A stretch of 64,000 nucleotides of DNA from Tubulanus polymorphus (taxonomy: Eukaryota; Animalia; Nemertea), in contig NC_134029.1 of NCBI RefSeq assembly GCF_964204645.1, positions 10,008,850 through 10,072,849 on the forward strand, written 5' to 3'. A model generated the notes under the pieces. It made no database searches and was not told the origin of the DNA. It saw only the letters and a list, made by a program, of their open reading frames with translations. Positions 41,891 to 54,074 of this stretch are shown here, piece after piece. Numbering within the stretch: position 1 is the first letter of the stretch; the number at the start of each line of letters is the position of its first letter. Both the position numbers and the translations under genes were made by a program.

Positions 41891-43773
41891 TATTCTTTTA
41901 TTTCCATTAAGCATAATTAAACAATTTAAACATGTTTCCCAAATTTCCAGGGGGTGCGCCCCAGACCCCCCAAATGCTCGCGCTGGAACGGCTTCGCCAT
42001 CCAATTGCTTTAATTTTGCCCCCCTTTTCCAAAATGCTAAATCCGTCCCTGACAAGTCTAATGTTTTTATGTTACGGATTCAAAGCGTAGAAATTTTACA
42101 GTGGCTGCTCGTATGCGAATGTCTATTATCACACTGAGTACGGTGACATATATCATTACAACAAGTCGACAGTGCGACGATATGTTTCTTGTCTCATTGA
42201 AAGCCAAGACATCTGACAGTAATTTATTAAAGCCATTAAGTGTAGCGCGGATTAACGATTCACTAGATTAAGGCTGTTTTCACGATAAGTAGGTGCAATG
42301 TTAGATAACATACATTCGCCAGTGGGGTCTCCAGTTGTGAATCGGTTTCGAATCTATACGTTATTTCGTTTTTCTATATTGAATTTTTGTAAAAGAAGAT
42401 AACCAGCCAAGCCGTATCGTGAATTGAGCCATCAAAAATTTGATCGGATATATAAATGTAATATTCCCACTTGTTTCAACCGTTATCTAGATAGAGTTCA
42501 ATATCATTGTGTTCTTTTTGTAAAAATCGTATCATCACTCATGCTATCCGGTTTTTTTTTCGTGTATGACGTGCCAGCATCATGTAGCTATAATGCTTTC
42601 CTTAGGCCAGACCCGTAGCGTAAAGAATATGCGGAGGGGTTCGATTTCGATTTGGTCGGAACTGAACGGGGGTCGCGGGCCCTATAGCCTCTGAACGATT
42701 CCCATTTACGTGCCGAAGGTTAAGTGCAATTCAGCTTGATAATTTTGAACGCCGGACGCTACGGATCTCTATACTTGATACGATGATACATTCGTAATTA
42801 TGCCAGACGAGACGTGTAGAAAACGCCATTAAAAATTGAATGAGATATACCCCAAACATTATACAATGCGAATTGTATATTTAGCATTTTTTTAAAAGCA
42901 GTGGATCTTGATGTTCGGTTGATTAGTATTTAACCGTATATCAAATCATTTTCCGAAAGAAATTAAAGCCTCACTCGACCGTATACGTACTCTAGCTTGA
43001 AAAAGCTACGTATGGATATTAGCTACCAGTCGTTTAAAACGATATATATATGCTACCGTCGACGTATATGTTTCATTTGAGTCAGCGAAACAGGGTTTAG
43101 GAGGAGCCGGCATTTATCTTATGGTCTTCAGGTGCCGAATTAGACTCTACATTGGCAGCGAAAAAACATATGTTCATCACACCCACGAGGTAGGTTTATG
43201 CCACTTCATTCGCCATAAAGCGGCAAATGACGCATTCGCTAGAATTTGCATTCCAACTTTGCTGGTGCGTTACCTAATGCTAATAATAAAAAGATAGTCG
43301 TTTTTCGCCACCGCGCGAAGATATGGATCGTAGGGGAATTTTTGAAATACTTTTTTTAATACAGGAACCAATTTCGCATGAATTTAGAGATAAACGACCG
43401 AAAAACGGATGAAGAAAATATTCGTGAAGCGATTGGCATTGTAGTCTAACGAACACAAACCCTTATACTTCAGTAAGGCCCGACATAAAACAAAATACGT
43501 GTAGAGTAACATTTATATACAATGTATATAACACAAATCAAATGAAAATCATGATTAATATTCAATTGGGCTGAAAAGTCACTGTTAGATAGATTATCTA
43601 AGTACAAGATATTTCTTTTTCAATTATAATTTTGTGATGCACTTATAAAGCGAATCTTTATTTTACTTTCCAGCCGGCTGCATTGATTTTATAGTCCTAC
43701 CACCCCGAGATTTCTAAGCCGTGGATTAATCTGCGTCTTCAAATAGCTAAACTATACCAATAAGAGATCTTAC

Positions 43774-43882
43774 CAATTGGAAACATTCTTGGAAACTTTG
43801 CCTCGTTAAAACTGCACAGCTGTGCATTGTTGGCGAACAATGAAAGTGTCATCCACAAGACAGCTTTCCAATATTTTTCCAT
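43774..43882 (-). CDS. AMPA-type ionotropic glutamate receptor, coding exon 1 (signal peptide)
   Basis: ATG at 43882 gives MEKYWKAVLWMTLSLFANNAQLCSFNEAKFPRMFPI+G, then donor G|GTAAGA. 109 nt, phase 1, joining exon 2 as FPRMFPIG-AIF, which resembles the FPxxIxIGGLF start of AMPA receptor ATDs. Not in the ORF track. Confidence 0.85.
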
Positions 43883-44183
43883 GACCGGCGATCTCGGTGA
43901 ATTCGGTTTATTTGCAGTAGAGTTTCAGTTGGGTCGATTCGGTTGAATTGTTCAGGTAAAATCCTCACGTTTGATGTTTTACAAGCACGGATAAACATCG
44001 CATGAATTAATCACGGGTTGTGATCATCTTTAAAACGACAACAGTTGCAGCGGCCGGAGCGATGGGAACTGGTGAACCATGTGAGAGTATCCACATTTTG
44101 TATCCGAGGTGAAGTATCTAAATATCGCATCTCAGCCGTGAAATGTTCGACGACGATATTATCACAAGTCGTCTGCCTGTTGT

Positions 44184-44223
44184 ACGCATGCGCGGTAATT
44201 CGAGATGCATGATGCGCATGCGT
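44184..44223. promoter_or_regulatory. Two NRF1/Ewg-like GCGCATGCG motifs about 300 bp upstream of the iGluR ATG
   Basis: ACGCATGCGC at 44184-44193 and TGCGCATGCGT at 44213-44223 in a locally CpG-rich stretch. Motif match only. Confidence 0.35.
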
Positions 44224-45667
44224 TAGAGAGCAACCGAGAAATGTTTTGCATCGACAGCTCCGCGCGGCACTGAAGAATATTGGATTGCGGAAACATAAAT
44301 AGTACAGCGAAACTGCGATGACTCCCGTGACGCTTACACTTGATCGTCGTTGGATAGTGAATATGGAGTCTTCCATTTAATTATAGGTTACTCCGACTCC
44401 CCCCGAGAAGAGAGTTTTCTATCATAAAACATACCCTCATGAATCAAGACATTTTCACCTAATGTAAGTCTGACTATTGATTTACGAAGTGGTATTGTCT
44501 AGGAATAAGGAAATTGGAAGCAACCATCGGGACAAACGAGACTGAAAGCTGATTTGCTTTTTGCGCGTCCCAGCTAATTGGTTGTCGCAAGCTGAATTAT
44601 GTATGCATTTGCACAAATGATTATTGCAAATGAGAGTTGTCTTGGCTGAATTTTCAATGAGGACTTCGGTAACTTCGGCGTAGTTTAATTAAGAAAACCC
44701 TTAATTTTAGTGGAAAGTACATTTGCAAACACGGGGCAACGGTACCAAGTACCGCAATATAAATATTCCGTATTGCAGGGTATGTGAGACGACCACGCCA
44801 AGTATTGAGAAGTATTTCTGGTAAAGCGAATTGCATGGTGATGACATGTACAGAGTCACAAATTGCAAAATATATCGCCGAATGTATAAACTTGGTGAAG
44901 AAGTTCGATCGAAATCGCTATGAATGATGCCTTCGTCCTTGATGAACTAGAAAAAGTTGAACACAAATAAGTAAATATATGCGTAGAAACGAATGTAGTA
45001 AACTCAAACAAATTACTACCCTAATATTCAGACCACGATTTAACAAATTCCTTGTTTTTGTATACTGTCAAAGATGTACTCAATCAAGTAATGATTCAAA
45101 AGAACAGGAGGTTTGAGAAGCAGGAGGCAATCTGACATGATGGTTTTCAAAAATCATTGGTGCCAGAGCGCTAACAACAAGTGACACTCGGACATTGAGA
45201 GACCGGACTATCAATGTTTTCTCAAAAATTTGGTCAGGATGAGAATATTCGAAACCATAAGAAAAACGTTAACACTAATTACTGACCAAAAATATATAAC
45301 CTCTATATGTATTTTTGCTGTGACTTATAGCCCAACACCGAAAGGTACATCTAGTTTTTGAAAATATTCTTGAACTCACTTTCAGAAACAGTTTTTAGGT
45401 AATCGGTGGAAAATGTTTTTCAAAAGTATGTCTTAGGTATTAGTGGCCTCATTTCTATGTATTCATTTATCTATATGGATTAATTACAACCAGACTAATG
45501 ATTCGTATGCGCTAGTAGTATGTATTGGGTGCTACTTGCGTTGAATGGACCGGTACGGCCACTATATGTTTAAAGTTGATTGAAAATGAAATATTTCCGA
45601 ATTCTTCCGAACCATGTATAAGAAAAAGTCTCATCGCAATCATTTTTCCAGCAAAACCGTTTTAACG

Positions 45668-46070
45668 AAAAACAAGCCGTAGGCGACAGCGGTTCTCGGA
45701 CTCCGAAACTCCAATGCATTAATCCCCGTAGTTGCACTTTGGATATCTTTTATCTAAGACCAATGGCTAAATTTAGTCAAGACAACTTTTTGAATTCCGA
45801 CTCCGTTCCTCGATTAGAAGGTCATCTTCAAGACCATGTCGCTGTAAAACAGGGATTTTAGTACCGGTTCCTAGTTCTGCCGCTAGTTGGCACAATGGAC
45901 CAATTCTGTGTACGGCACAACTCCCATGCTAACATTGCAACCAAGTTTCACCAAGATCGACCTCTATTAACCAAGTGGTGTAGCTGAAAGACAGACACAC
46001 AAACAGAGATAGGTATAGGTAGATAGACAGTACGTGAATAAGGGTCTCACGGAAGCCCGAGAACCAGTAG
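45668..46070 (-). mobile_element. HINE-like non-autonomous element (different family)
   Basis: Short inverted GGTTCTCGG (about 45691) and CCGAGAACC (about 46057), an internal ACCAAGTTTCA core and a GACAGACACAC microsatellite. Confidence 0.4.
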
Positions 46071-46605
46071 TTCGATTTTTTGTCGCTCATCCCCTTTCTC
46101 CAGATCGTCGCAGTAAAAGTAACGCGTAATGCCCCAAAAAGCTGTATTTGCGCCAGAGACTTTATTCACTAACCATCGAACCAGGTGACTTTCAAATTTT
46201 TTTCCGTACTATTTATCCCTACTATTTACTATTTGTCTTTGTAGTCTGATCTGGTAGAATGTTTATAAAATTATGTTTCCCACCAGACCAGTTTTGATGA
46301 GAAAAACATGAATACAAGTACAAAACCTCAAGCCCCGCAACGCAATTTTCGCCGCAAATCTTCCCGCAACTTCAAAAAACCCTACTCACTTAAATCCTCA
46401 CAAAATCCAAACAATATTCCTGCAAATTCGTCGGTTTTTTGAACAAATCTGCATGAACAAAGCACGCAAATATGTTTGTAGTGTTTTCCCTTAGTTCCGG
46501 GAGTTCCTATTTTACCACCAGATGGCGAATGAGAGCAGAATGACATTTGTCTCATACAAGCAGATCAATGGTATAGCACATATACCTTAGAAATAAAAAG
46601 CCCTG

Positions 46606-46743
46606 GGGCCAGTTGCAGAGTCGCAACTTAAGTCCAAAAGGGGTCTTAAATCTTTAGGCTGGTCTTAAGTTGCTAGATTGGCTATAGAACTAAGTTTGTC
46701 TTAGACTGGTCTTATGTCTAAGCCATGACTGTGCAACCGGCCC
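46606..46743. mobile_element. 138-bp MITE (PIF/Harbinger-like)
   Basis: TIRs GGGCCAGTTGCAGAGTC and GACTGTGCAACCGGCCC, with 3-bp TSD CTG on both sides. Confidence 0.7.
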
Positions 46744-48171
46744 CTGGGGATTTGACGCTGGCTATAAATTTATGCCAGTACCAAATATGAAAGAAAACGG
46801 TGTTTGTTCTCGGCGTTAGATTTGTAATTCAATACATGTTATAACTCTTCTTTCATATTCAATAGATTTTGATGATCATTTTTGAGAGGATGTGCACAAC
46901 GTCATCAGTACATAGGGGAAAGACTGGTTGCCGGTAAATTCCATTCAATAGTCGATATTATCTAATACAGAACAACTTTATTGATCATTAATATTGTATG
47001 ATTTACATCATACTATTCATTATCAACAATATTTAGCCATGGTTATTTTTCAAGGCGTCAATAAACTTACGAGTTAGTCTTCTTGTTAAACTTAGCTCGG
47101 GGCGGCGATCACTGATCAAACTGTTTTTTGGAATATCCTGATATGGTCTAGGGTCAGCGATTTTGATCCATTTACTCCTCCTAAGATAGACGAGCACATT
47201 TGTCCAACGTTCTCGGTTCTACGCAAAAGAGATTTTGAAAATGGCAAAATTGATTCGAATGAATAATCAAATGATGTGTTTATTGAAATAAAAAAAATAT
47301 GACAAAAACCCTCATTATACACACGATCTGAGACTTTAAAAGTCATCAAAATTACTTGATACATTAAGTCCTACATAGAAGTTATATAAAAAATGCATAT
47401 AACATATATGAAGTCATGTGCTACAATATGATACAAAATCATAGAAATAGATCGAATAATTGATTTTATAAGCGATATCTTCTGATTCAATACCAGGTTA
47501 ACATGGATCTGCGAATCCTACCATTTGGATTCTGAATTATGCAAAATAAACTATAACTTTGACTTTGACTTTCTACCTAAAGCGGTGATTTGAATCTGTC
47601 TCTGTGTAGAGGGTTTACGAACCCCGTCTAAGACAAACGATATCGCGTCAATTTCGAATGCAAACGAGAGGCATTAACAATGTAGAATAGGTATATCTGA
47701 GTGCAAAGACAAAGTAAGCTCTTCATAGTGGAAAATACTGCGAAACGACAAGACTAGTGTATCCGTTATACGTACACAGAGAGAAAACGTTGCTTAAGTG
47801 TATGGAAGTAATTTAATTTATTCACGCAATAAGAAGCCTTGAGGTCAGTGACGTGTACATGTATATTATGTTCTATTCTATCCTATAGTATATAAATAAA
47901 AATTGGTTTTCATACAAATGTTGGTATGCAGACGATTATAGTTGGATGGTTGAATTTATACTCAATCTGACTATTAAGCAGGATCCAGCACCCATTTCCA
48001 TCGTACTCAGTTTTTACGTCTGACCCAAGAATCGATATTATTTCCAATGGTTACTCTTTTACAGTTACAACTTTTCATGGTCGAATTTCGAACACGACCT
48101 GTACAACTGGTTACAAATTCATTATGCATTCTCAATTATATCATGACATTCGTGATATAGTATCGATGATA

Positions 48172-48402
48172 CTATTTATACAAAAACATAGAACTGAAGA
48201 GAAGCAAGCTGATTATGATGACCGATGACTTTAACGAGTTGCCTGACCCATATGGCCGGTTGCAACCATCTGTAGAACAGCATTTTCCAGAATAGCCAGA
48301 TTTGCCACGGTAATTGTTCAATTTCGACTGACACGTGGATGCCGTTCGCGAACAACCACTGACAGTTGTTTTGTCTCCGCCTGATAAATTGTACGAATAT
48401 GT
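48172..48402 (-). CDS. Ly6/uPAR protein, last coding exon with GPI-type hydrophobic tail
   Basis: ttttttcag| TYSYNLSGGDKTTVSGCSRTASTCQSKLNNYRGKSGYSGKCCSTDGCNRPYGSGNSLKSSVIIISLLLFSSMFLYK-TAG; CCxxDxCN signature; 10 Cys in total with the previous exon; 81-nt intron. Confidence 0.88.
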   Translation of the reverse strand, partial: TYSYNLSGGDKTTVSGCSRTASTCQSKLNNYRGKSGYSGKCCSTDGCNRPYGSGNSLKSSVIIISLLLFSSMFLYK

Positions 48403-48483
48403 CTGAAAAAATATCCATCAATAGAAAGACTGTCCTTATTTTTATTTCTGCCTGATTTCAACTGTACCATAAGGAACACTTAC

Positions 48484-48578
48484 ATGGCAATAGTCACCAG
48501 ACGGACAGAGCTTTGGTTCTGCGGCTTTGTTGCAGTTATTCTGTCCCCAACACTGATAACATTTTCGTAACTTGTCTT
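48484..48578 (-). CDS. Ly6/uPAR (three-finger) protein, penultimate coding exon
   Basis: tttgcag| xDKLRKCYQCWGQNNCNKAAEPKLCPSGDYCH |gtaagt; 95 nt, phase 1-0; 'L.CY.C' LU-domain start. The upstream signal-peptide exon was not located. Confidence 0.85.
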
Positions 48579-49249
48579 CTGCAAATTTGAAAAAAAAACA
48601 GGTCTAAGTTTCCACAGTTCAGAACTCAGTTCCACAGTTCTAGGTTTAATTTAAGGGTTCATTATTAGAAAATTAACCGATTCTGGCTAAGCGTCAACTT
48701 TACATCACAAATGTGGAACTGGGCTTCAGTTTGTTATTAGCAAATGGTTGTTCAATGTATCAATATATCAAAAAACAAACTAACCACCAGGTGTATATTC
48801 ATTGCATACGTTTGAAGAACAACATCTCCCGTAGTAATACATTGATTCCCTTCTCAAAGAGTTTAATTTACTTTGACAATAGGTGGCGTCGTAACAGCCC
48901 TTCTATACACTTTCCGACCTACGTGGTTTTTTATAGTGAATTGTCTAGAAATAAAATGATGAATAATAGAAACATTACTAAAGAAGCGTCCTGAGGGCGT
49001 TAACTCGAAATAGATTTCGAAATTCATTTTTATGGATATGTCCCCAGGGCCCATTCTTAACTGTCCGTATAAAAACATAAACTTAATGACCCCTTATTCC
49101 GTTACGATGATAAAAAAGCAATTAACCCACTTAGTATAACCTACGAGGCACTGCTGTCGGTTCAAACCAACAAACTCAATCCTCAAGTCAGCAGAGTGAT
49201 TGTATTAGGTGTGGCGTTAGCGTGTGTGACTGACCATTTCTGTTGTTTA

Positions 49250-49920
49250 TCTGTTACCTGCTGTACCCACGGGTTCAGATCTTCAGTACCGTGTACAATT
49301 CATACATTATGAAATGATCATATTGGTACTTCACATATTTCTTTGCTTTCTATAGTTCTGTTACGGGCTTCCATGGGAAGATGAAATTTTCAGTAAGTGA
49401 TTAAGGGACCGAGTATCCTCGGCTACAGGTCAAGTCGGTCCGAGATCCCATGGTCTCAACGGGCATGGGTGATCACAAAATACTCCTACACAATTCACAA
49501 AAAAGTCGGAAGTAGTATGTTTAAAAATCACCCGTGGTTTCCACGGGCTTTTCATACATTATGAAATGATCATACCGGTACTTAACATATTTTTAAAAAT
49601 CTATAGTCCAGTTTCGGGTGGGTTCAAATCTTCAGTACTGCGTACAATTCATACATTATGAAATGATCATATGGGTACTTTACATTGGCCTATCTGTTTC
49701 TATCTATAGTTCTATTACCTTGGGCCTCCATGGGAAGAAGAAATGTTCAGTATGTGATTAGGGGCCCCAGTAACCTCGGGCAAAGGTCAAGTCGGTCCCG
49801 AAATCCCACCACATGATAGGCCACTTTAAAATGCTCCTACTCAATTCGTATGTAATGAACTAATAAGTAGGAAATTCTACGTTTAAAAATCACCCGTGGT
49901 TTCCGCGGGCTTTTCACTAG
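49250..49920 (+). mobile_element. Non-autonomous Helitron-like element with internal tandem duplication
   Basis: 3' hairpin CCCGTGG-TTT-CCGCGGG followed by CTAG|T at 49917-49921; a duplicate hairpin near 49531; two imperfect units of about 280-300 bp; candidate A|TC start at 49250. Confidence 0.6.
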
Positions 49921-50041
49921 TGTTTAAATGTTTCCCCTGAATCTTGAGCAGCTAAAGACCGACCGTATTTCACAATAAGTATCGATTTTACTTTGATGAT
50001 CCGTATGTGCTTAACCACAATTAACAAACATGGTTAGCAAT

Positions 50042-50494
50042 AAGGCCACGCAAAGAATTACCCTTGTTTCACATATTCAGCCCTTTTTGGAAAAGTGACG
50101 AGGGAGGCTGGTTTTTATTGTCACATCCCTTAAAAAAGCAGTAATAAAAGCTTCATTCCCGCATCTGTTTTTACCTTTTAGATGGGCGAAAATGTTTATC
50201 TTTTAGATTGGGCTATTTTGGCGATGAATCAGGATGGATAGCACTTCGTTACCGAAATACTCCACTTGCCACAGCAACAATTTGGTAACGACCGTGAAGA
50301 AAAACATAATAAGTTTCGTTTTTCAGGTTGGTTATCGGGATGCGTGTCGGGAGTGTTTTACTTTTTTTTAAAGAAACGAAAACAGATTCTACATGAAGGA
50401 TGCGTATTTTCATTTTCATTTTTTACTGACCACCAATTTCGACGTGTGCGGAAAATTAAACTGATGAGAAACAAGCAATCGTTTGCATAACCTT
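50042..50494. mobile_element. Old MITE with degenerate TIRs
   Basis: AAGGCCACGCAAAGAATTACCCTTGTTTCACAT at the left is an imperfect inverse of ATGAGAAACAAGCAATCGTTTGCATAACCTT at the right. Confidence 0.45.
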
Positions 50495-51880
50495 GTCATT
50501 TTCCCGCGCCTGTCCCTGGCTAGGTAGACTAGGCGGTAAACTTTCATTTGATCCCTAAAACACTGGTTATGGATTCATCAAATTCACTCGAACCTTAAGA
50601 GATTTATGATGATATATAATTATTTCGGTGGAAAATAATCATTTTCTTGATATCTTCATCATCAAATCAATAAATGATAAAAGCTAGAGAGAATGTGTGT
50701 ACATAATATTTTTCTTATACGTAGGCCCTAGAGCTTTCGGTTATGTTTTTGTTTATCTTGATATAATGATTACAATAATAATGTTTTATTTGCAATTTAG
50801 AATACAAACAAAGTAGCAAGAATATTCGCAAAATAATCTAAGAGGCTGGGACATATTCTTTGCAAGCTACGTATAGGTTTAGAATTGGTAGTAGTTACAT
50901 ATGGGTAAGATGAGACACCCATTTGAAGATGGGGATGAAGAAACGGTTCGTAGCCACATTATGAAGGTAGTACTGTCCCCTGAATAGTGAAATCGGGGGT
51001 TTAAATCTGATTATAGAATTATTTTTGTGAACGGACTTCAGGAGGCGCCACGGCTCAGTGGAATGGCAGAGATGCCTGAAGATGATCTCGATCTATGCAT
51101 AAAAGTGTAACTGTTTACATTTCTGTGGTATTTGGTACAGTGTCCGAATGTGTGAACTGGGTTATATTTCACCTCAGGAGATACGTAACGGCGAGGGGTC
51201 TGAAACAGTAATACTATAAATAACCTGTCTCAGTGACACACGTATTCTTTCTTTTGAATTTATTTTCCTTCCTTCCACTTTCATACGGGTAGGCTTTGAC
51301 AGGTTTTGATATTTTTAGAATCTATTTCATGGCAATAGGATAAAGTTTAGATATATTTCTGGACCATGCTCTTAATACAGTGCATCCACCGTCAGGTAGC
51401 CCCGGGATTATCACTGACAAGAGAAAATATAATTTCTACGACACAATCCCTTTTGGTTTCCGTGGGTAGAAGTGTTGAAAAACTCCAACTGTGCCATAGA
51501 TGCGTGTCACGCGCATCCTATTCAAAAGAATTATGGGGAGAACTCCTAGACCAAACACTAGCTTTGTGCACCCCTATCCAAAACCCTGAACCCGTCGCTG
51601 ACAATATCTTAGCAAATCTCCTGTGAGGTACCGGGTACTCTGGTAATTGTTAGCTTTAGAGCGTATCTAAACCACCGCCCGGAGACGGGTATTTTGAGGT
51701 TATAAATAAACGAAGGGCCCAGTCACACACTCACATTCACGCACATTCATTACCCATTCATACCTACAAATTACATGAAAAAACATTTAACATTGAAAAT
51801 ATAATAGTTCTATGACATTTGGTACATTAGATTGAATCAATCAATCAGAAATAATTCAATCTCAACATATTGAGGGATAG

Positions 51881-52847
51881 TATGGTAGCTGATAAGGGCC
51901 ATAGCGTAAAATTCCTGGTATGTAAATGAGGGCGCCAGAACGCCAGAACGCCAAAACAAAAAAACGTCCAATTTTCTCTAAAAGTTCGTTTTGGCGCGCC
52001 AAAACAAAGAAAATTCCGTTTTGGCGCCCCCGCCAAAACGAACTTTCGTTTTGGCGCCCCCGCCAAAACAACGAAAAACGTCCAATTTTCTCTGAAAGTT
52101 CGTTTTGGCGCGCCAAAACGGATAATATTCCGTTTTGGCGCCCCCGCCAAAACGAACTTTCATTTTGGCGCCCCCGCCAAAACGAACTTTAAACCACGTA
52201 AAATAATTCTATATATACGAAAAATATTTTCATATATGCAAATTTATGCAAATTACACACAAGATCAACGCGCCAAATTGAAAAATAATTTTACTGTGGT
52301 TGAATGCTTGTTTTGGCGGGGGCGCCAAAACGGAAATAACCGCGCCAAAACGAACTTTTCTTTGTTTTGGCGCGCCAAAACGAACTTTCAGAGAAATTTC
52401 GACGTTTTTCGTTGTTTTGGCGGGGGCGCCAAAATGAAAGTTCGTTTTGGCGGGGGCGCCAAAACGGAATATTCTCCGTTTTGGCGCGCCAGAACGAACT
52501 TTTAGAGAAATTTCGACGTTTTTCGTTGTTTTGGCGGGGGCGCCAAAACGAAAGTTCGTTTTGGCGGGGGCGCCAAAACGGAATATTATCCGTTTTGGCA
52601 CGCTTCCGTTTTGGCGCGCCAAAACGAACTTTCAGAGAAAATTGGACGTTTTTCGTTGTTTTGGCGGGGGTGCCAAAATGAAAGTTCGTTTTGGCGGGGG
52701 CGCCAAAACGGAATTTTCTTTGTTTTGGCGCGCCAAAACGAACTTTTAGAGAAAATTGGACGTTTTTTTCGTTTTGGCGTTCTGGCGTTCTGGCGCCCTC
52801 ATTTACATACCAGGAATTTTACGCTATGGCCCTTATCAGCCACCATA
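51881..52847. mobile_element. Intact 967-bp copy of the foldback element
   Basis: TATGG...CCATA termini, exact TSD GGATAG (51875-51880 and 52848-52853), inverted repetitive arms around a unique core at about 52190-52315. Confidence 0.92.
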
Positions 52848-52934
52848 GGATAGGGATGATTGTTCTTATTCACTAATTGCGAATATTATTGTAATATCCT
52901 ATATTACAGCCCTTTTTCTCTTTTTTCTATCTTT

Positions 52935-53378
52935 TATGGTGGCTGATAAGGCCATAGCGTAAAATTCCTGGTATATAAATAAGGGCGCCAGAACGCCAGA
53001 ACGCCAAAACGAAAAAAATCGTCCAATTTTCTCTAAAAGTTCGTTTTGGCGCGCCAAAACAAAGAAAATTCCTTTTTGGCGCCCCCGCCAATACGAACTT
53101 TCATTTTGGCGCCCCTGCCAAAACAACGAAAAAATATTTTCAATATTTTCATACATGCAAATTTATGCAAATTACACACAAGATCAACGCGCCAAATTGA
53201 AAAATAATTTTACTGTGGTTGAATGCTTGTTTTGGTGGGGGCGCCAAAACGGAAATAACCTCGCCAAAACGAACTTTTAGAGAAAATTGGACGTTTTTTT
53301 CGTTTTGGCGTTCTGGCGTTCTGGTGCCCTCATTTACATACCAGGAATTTTACGCTATGGCCCTTATCAGCCACCATA
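52935..53378. mobile_element. 444-bp hybrid foldback copy with non-matching flanks
   Basis: Preceded by ATCTTT but followed by GGATAG plus a second copy of the 87-bp spacer. Confidence 0.85.
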
Positions 53379-53465
53379 GGATAGGGATGATTGTTCTTAT
53401 TCACTAATTGCGAATATTATTGTAATATCCTATATTACAGCCCTTTTTCTCTTTTTTCTATCTTT

Positions 53466-54074
53466 TATGGTGGCTGATAAGGCCATAGCGTAAAATTCCT
53501 GGTATGTAAATAAGGGCGCCAGAACGCCAGAACGCCAAAACGAAAAAAATCGTCCAATTTTCTCTAAAAGTTCGTTTTGGCGCGCCAAAACAAAGAAAAT
53601 TCCTTTTTGGCGCCCCCGCCAAAACGAACTTTCATTTTGGCGCCCCTGCCAAAACAACGAAAAAATATTTTCAATATTTTCATACATGCAAATTTATGCA
53701 AATTACACACAAGATCAACGCGCCAAATTGAAAAATAATTTTACTGTGGTTGAATGCTTGTTTTGGTGGGGGCGCCAAAACGGAAATAACCTCGCCAAAA
53801 CGAACTTTTAGAGAAATTTCGACGTTTATCGTCGTTTTGGTGGGGGCGCCAAAATGAAAGTTCGTTTTGGCGGGGGCGCCAAAACGGAATATTCGTTGTT
53901 TTGGCGCGCCAAAACGAACTTTTAGAGAAATTTCGACGTTTTTCGTTGTTTTGGCGCGCCAAAACGAACTTTTAGAGAAAATTGGACGTTTTTTTTCGTT
54001 TTGGCGTTCTGGCGTTCTGGCGCCCTCATTTACATACCAGGAATTTTACGCTATGGCCCTTATCAGCCACCATA
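53466..54074. mobile_element. 609-bp foldback copy
   Basis: TATGG...CCATA termini with exact TSD ATCTTT (53460-53465 and 54075-54080). Confidence 0.9.

Noticed and set aside
48381-48467. Alternative Ly6 intron using G|gtacag and atcag|GC
   Set aside because: Also in frame, but the 48403-48483 intron has much stronger donor and acceptor sites; at most a minor isoform.
50015-50075. Signal-peptide-like stretch (ETRVILCVALLLTMFVNC, minus strand, followed by G|gttaag) as candidate Ly6 exon 1
   Set aside because: No in-frame ATG (ATG is immediately followed by TGA), the donor is weak, and half of it lies in a MITE TIR.
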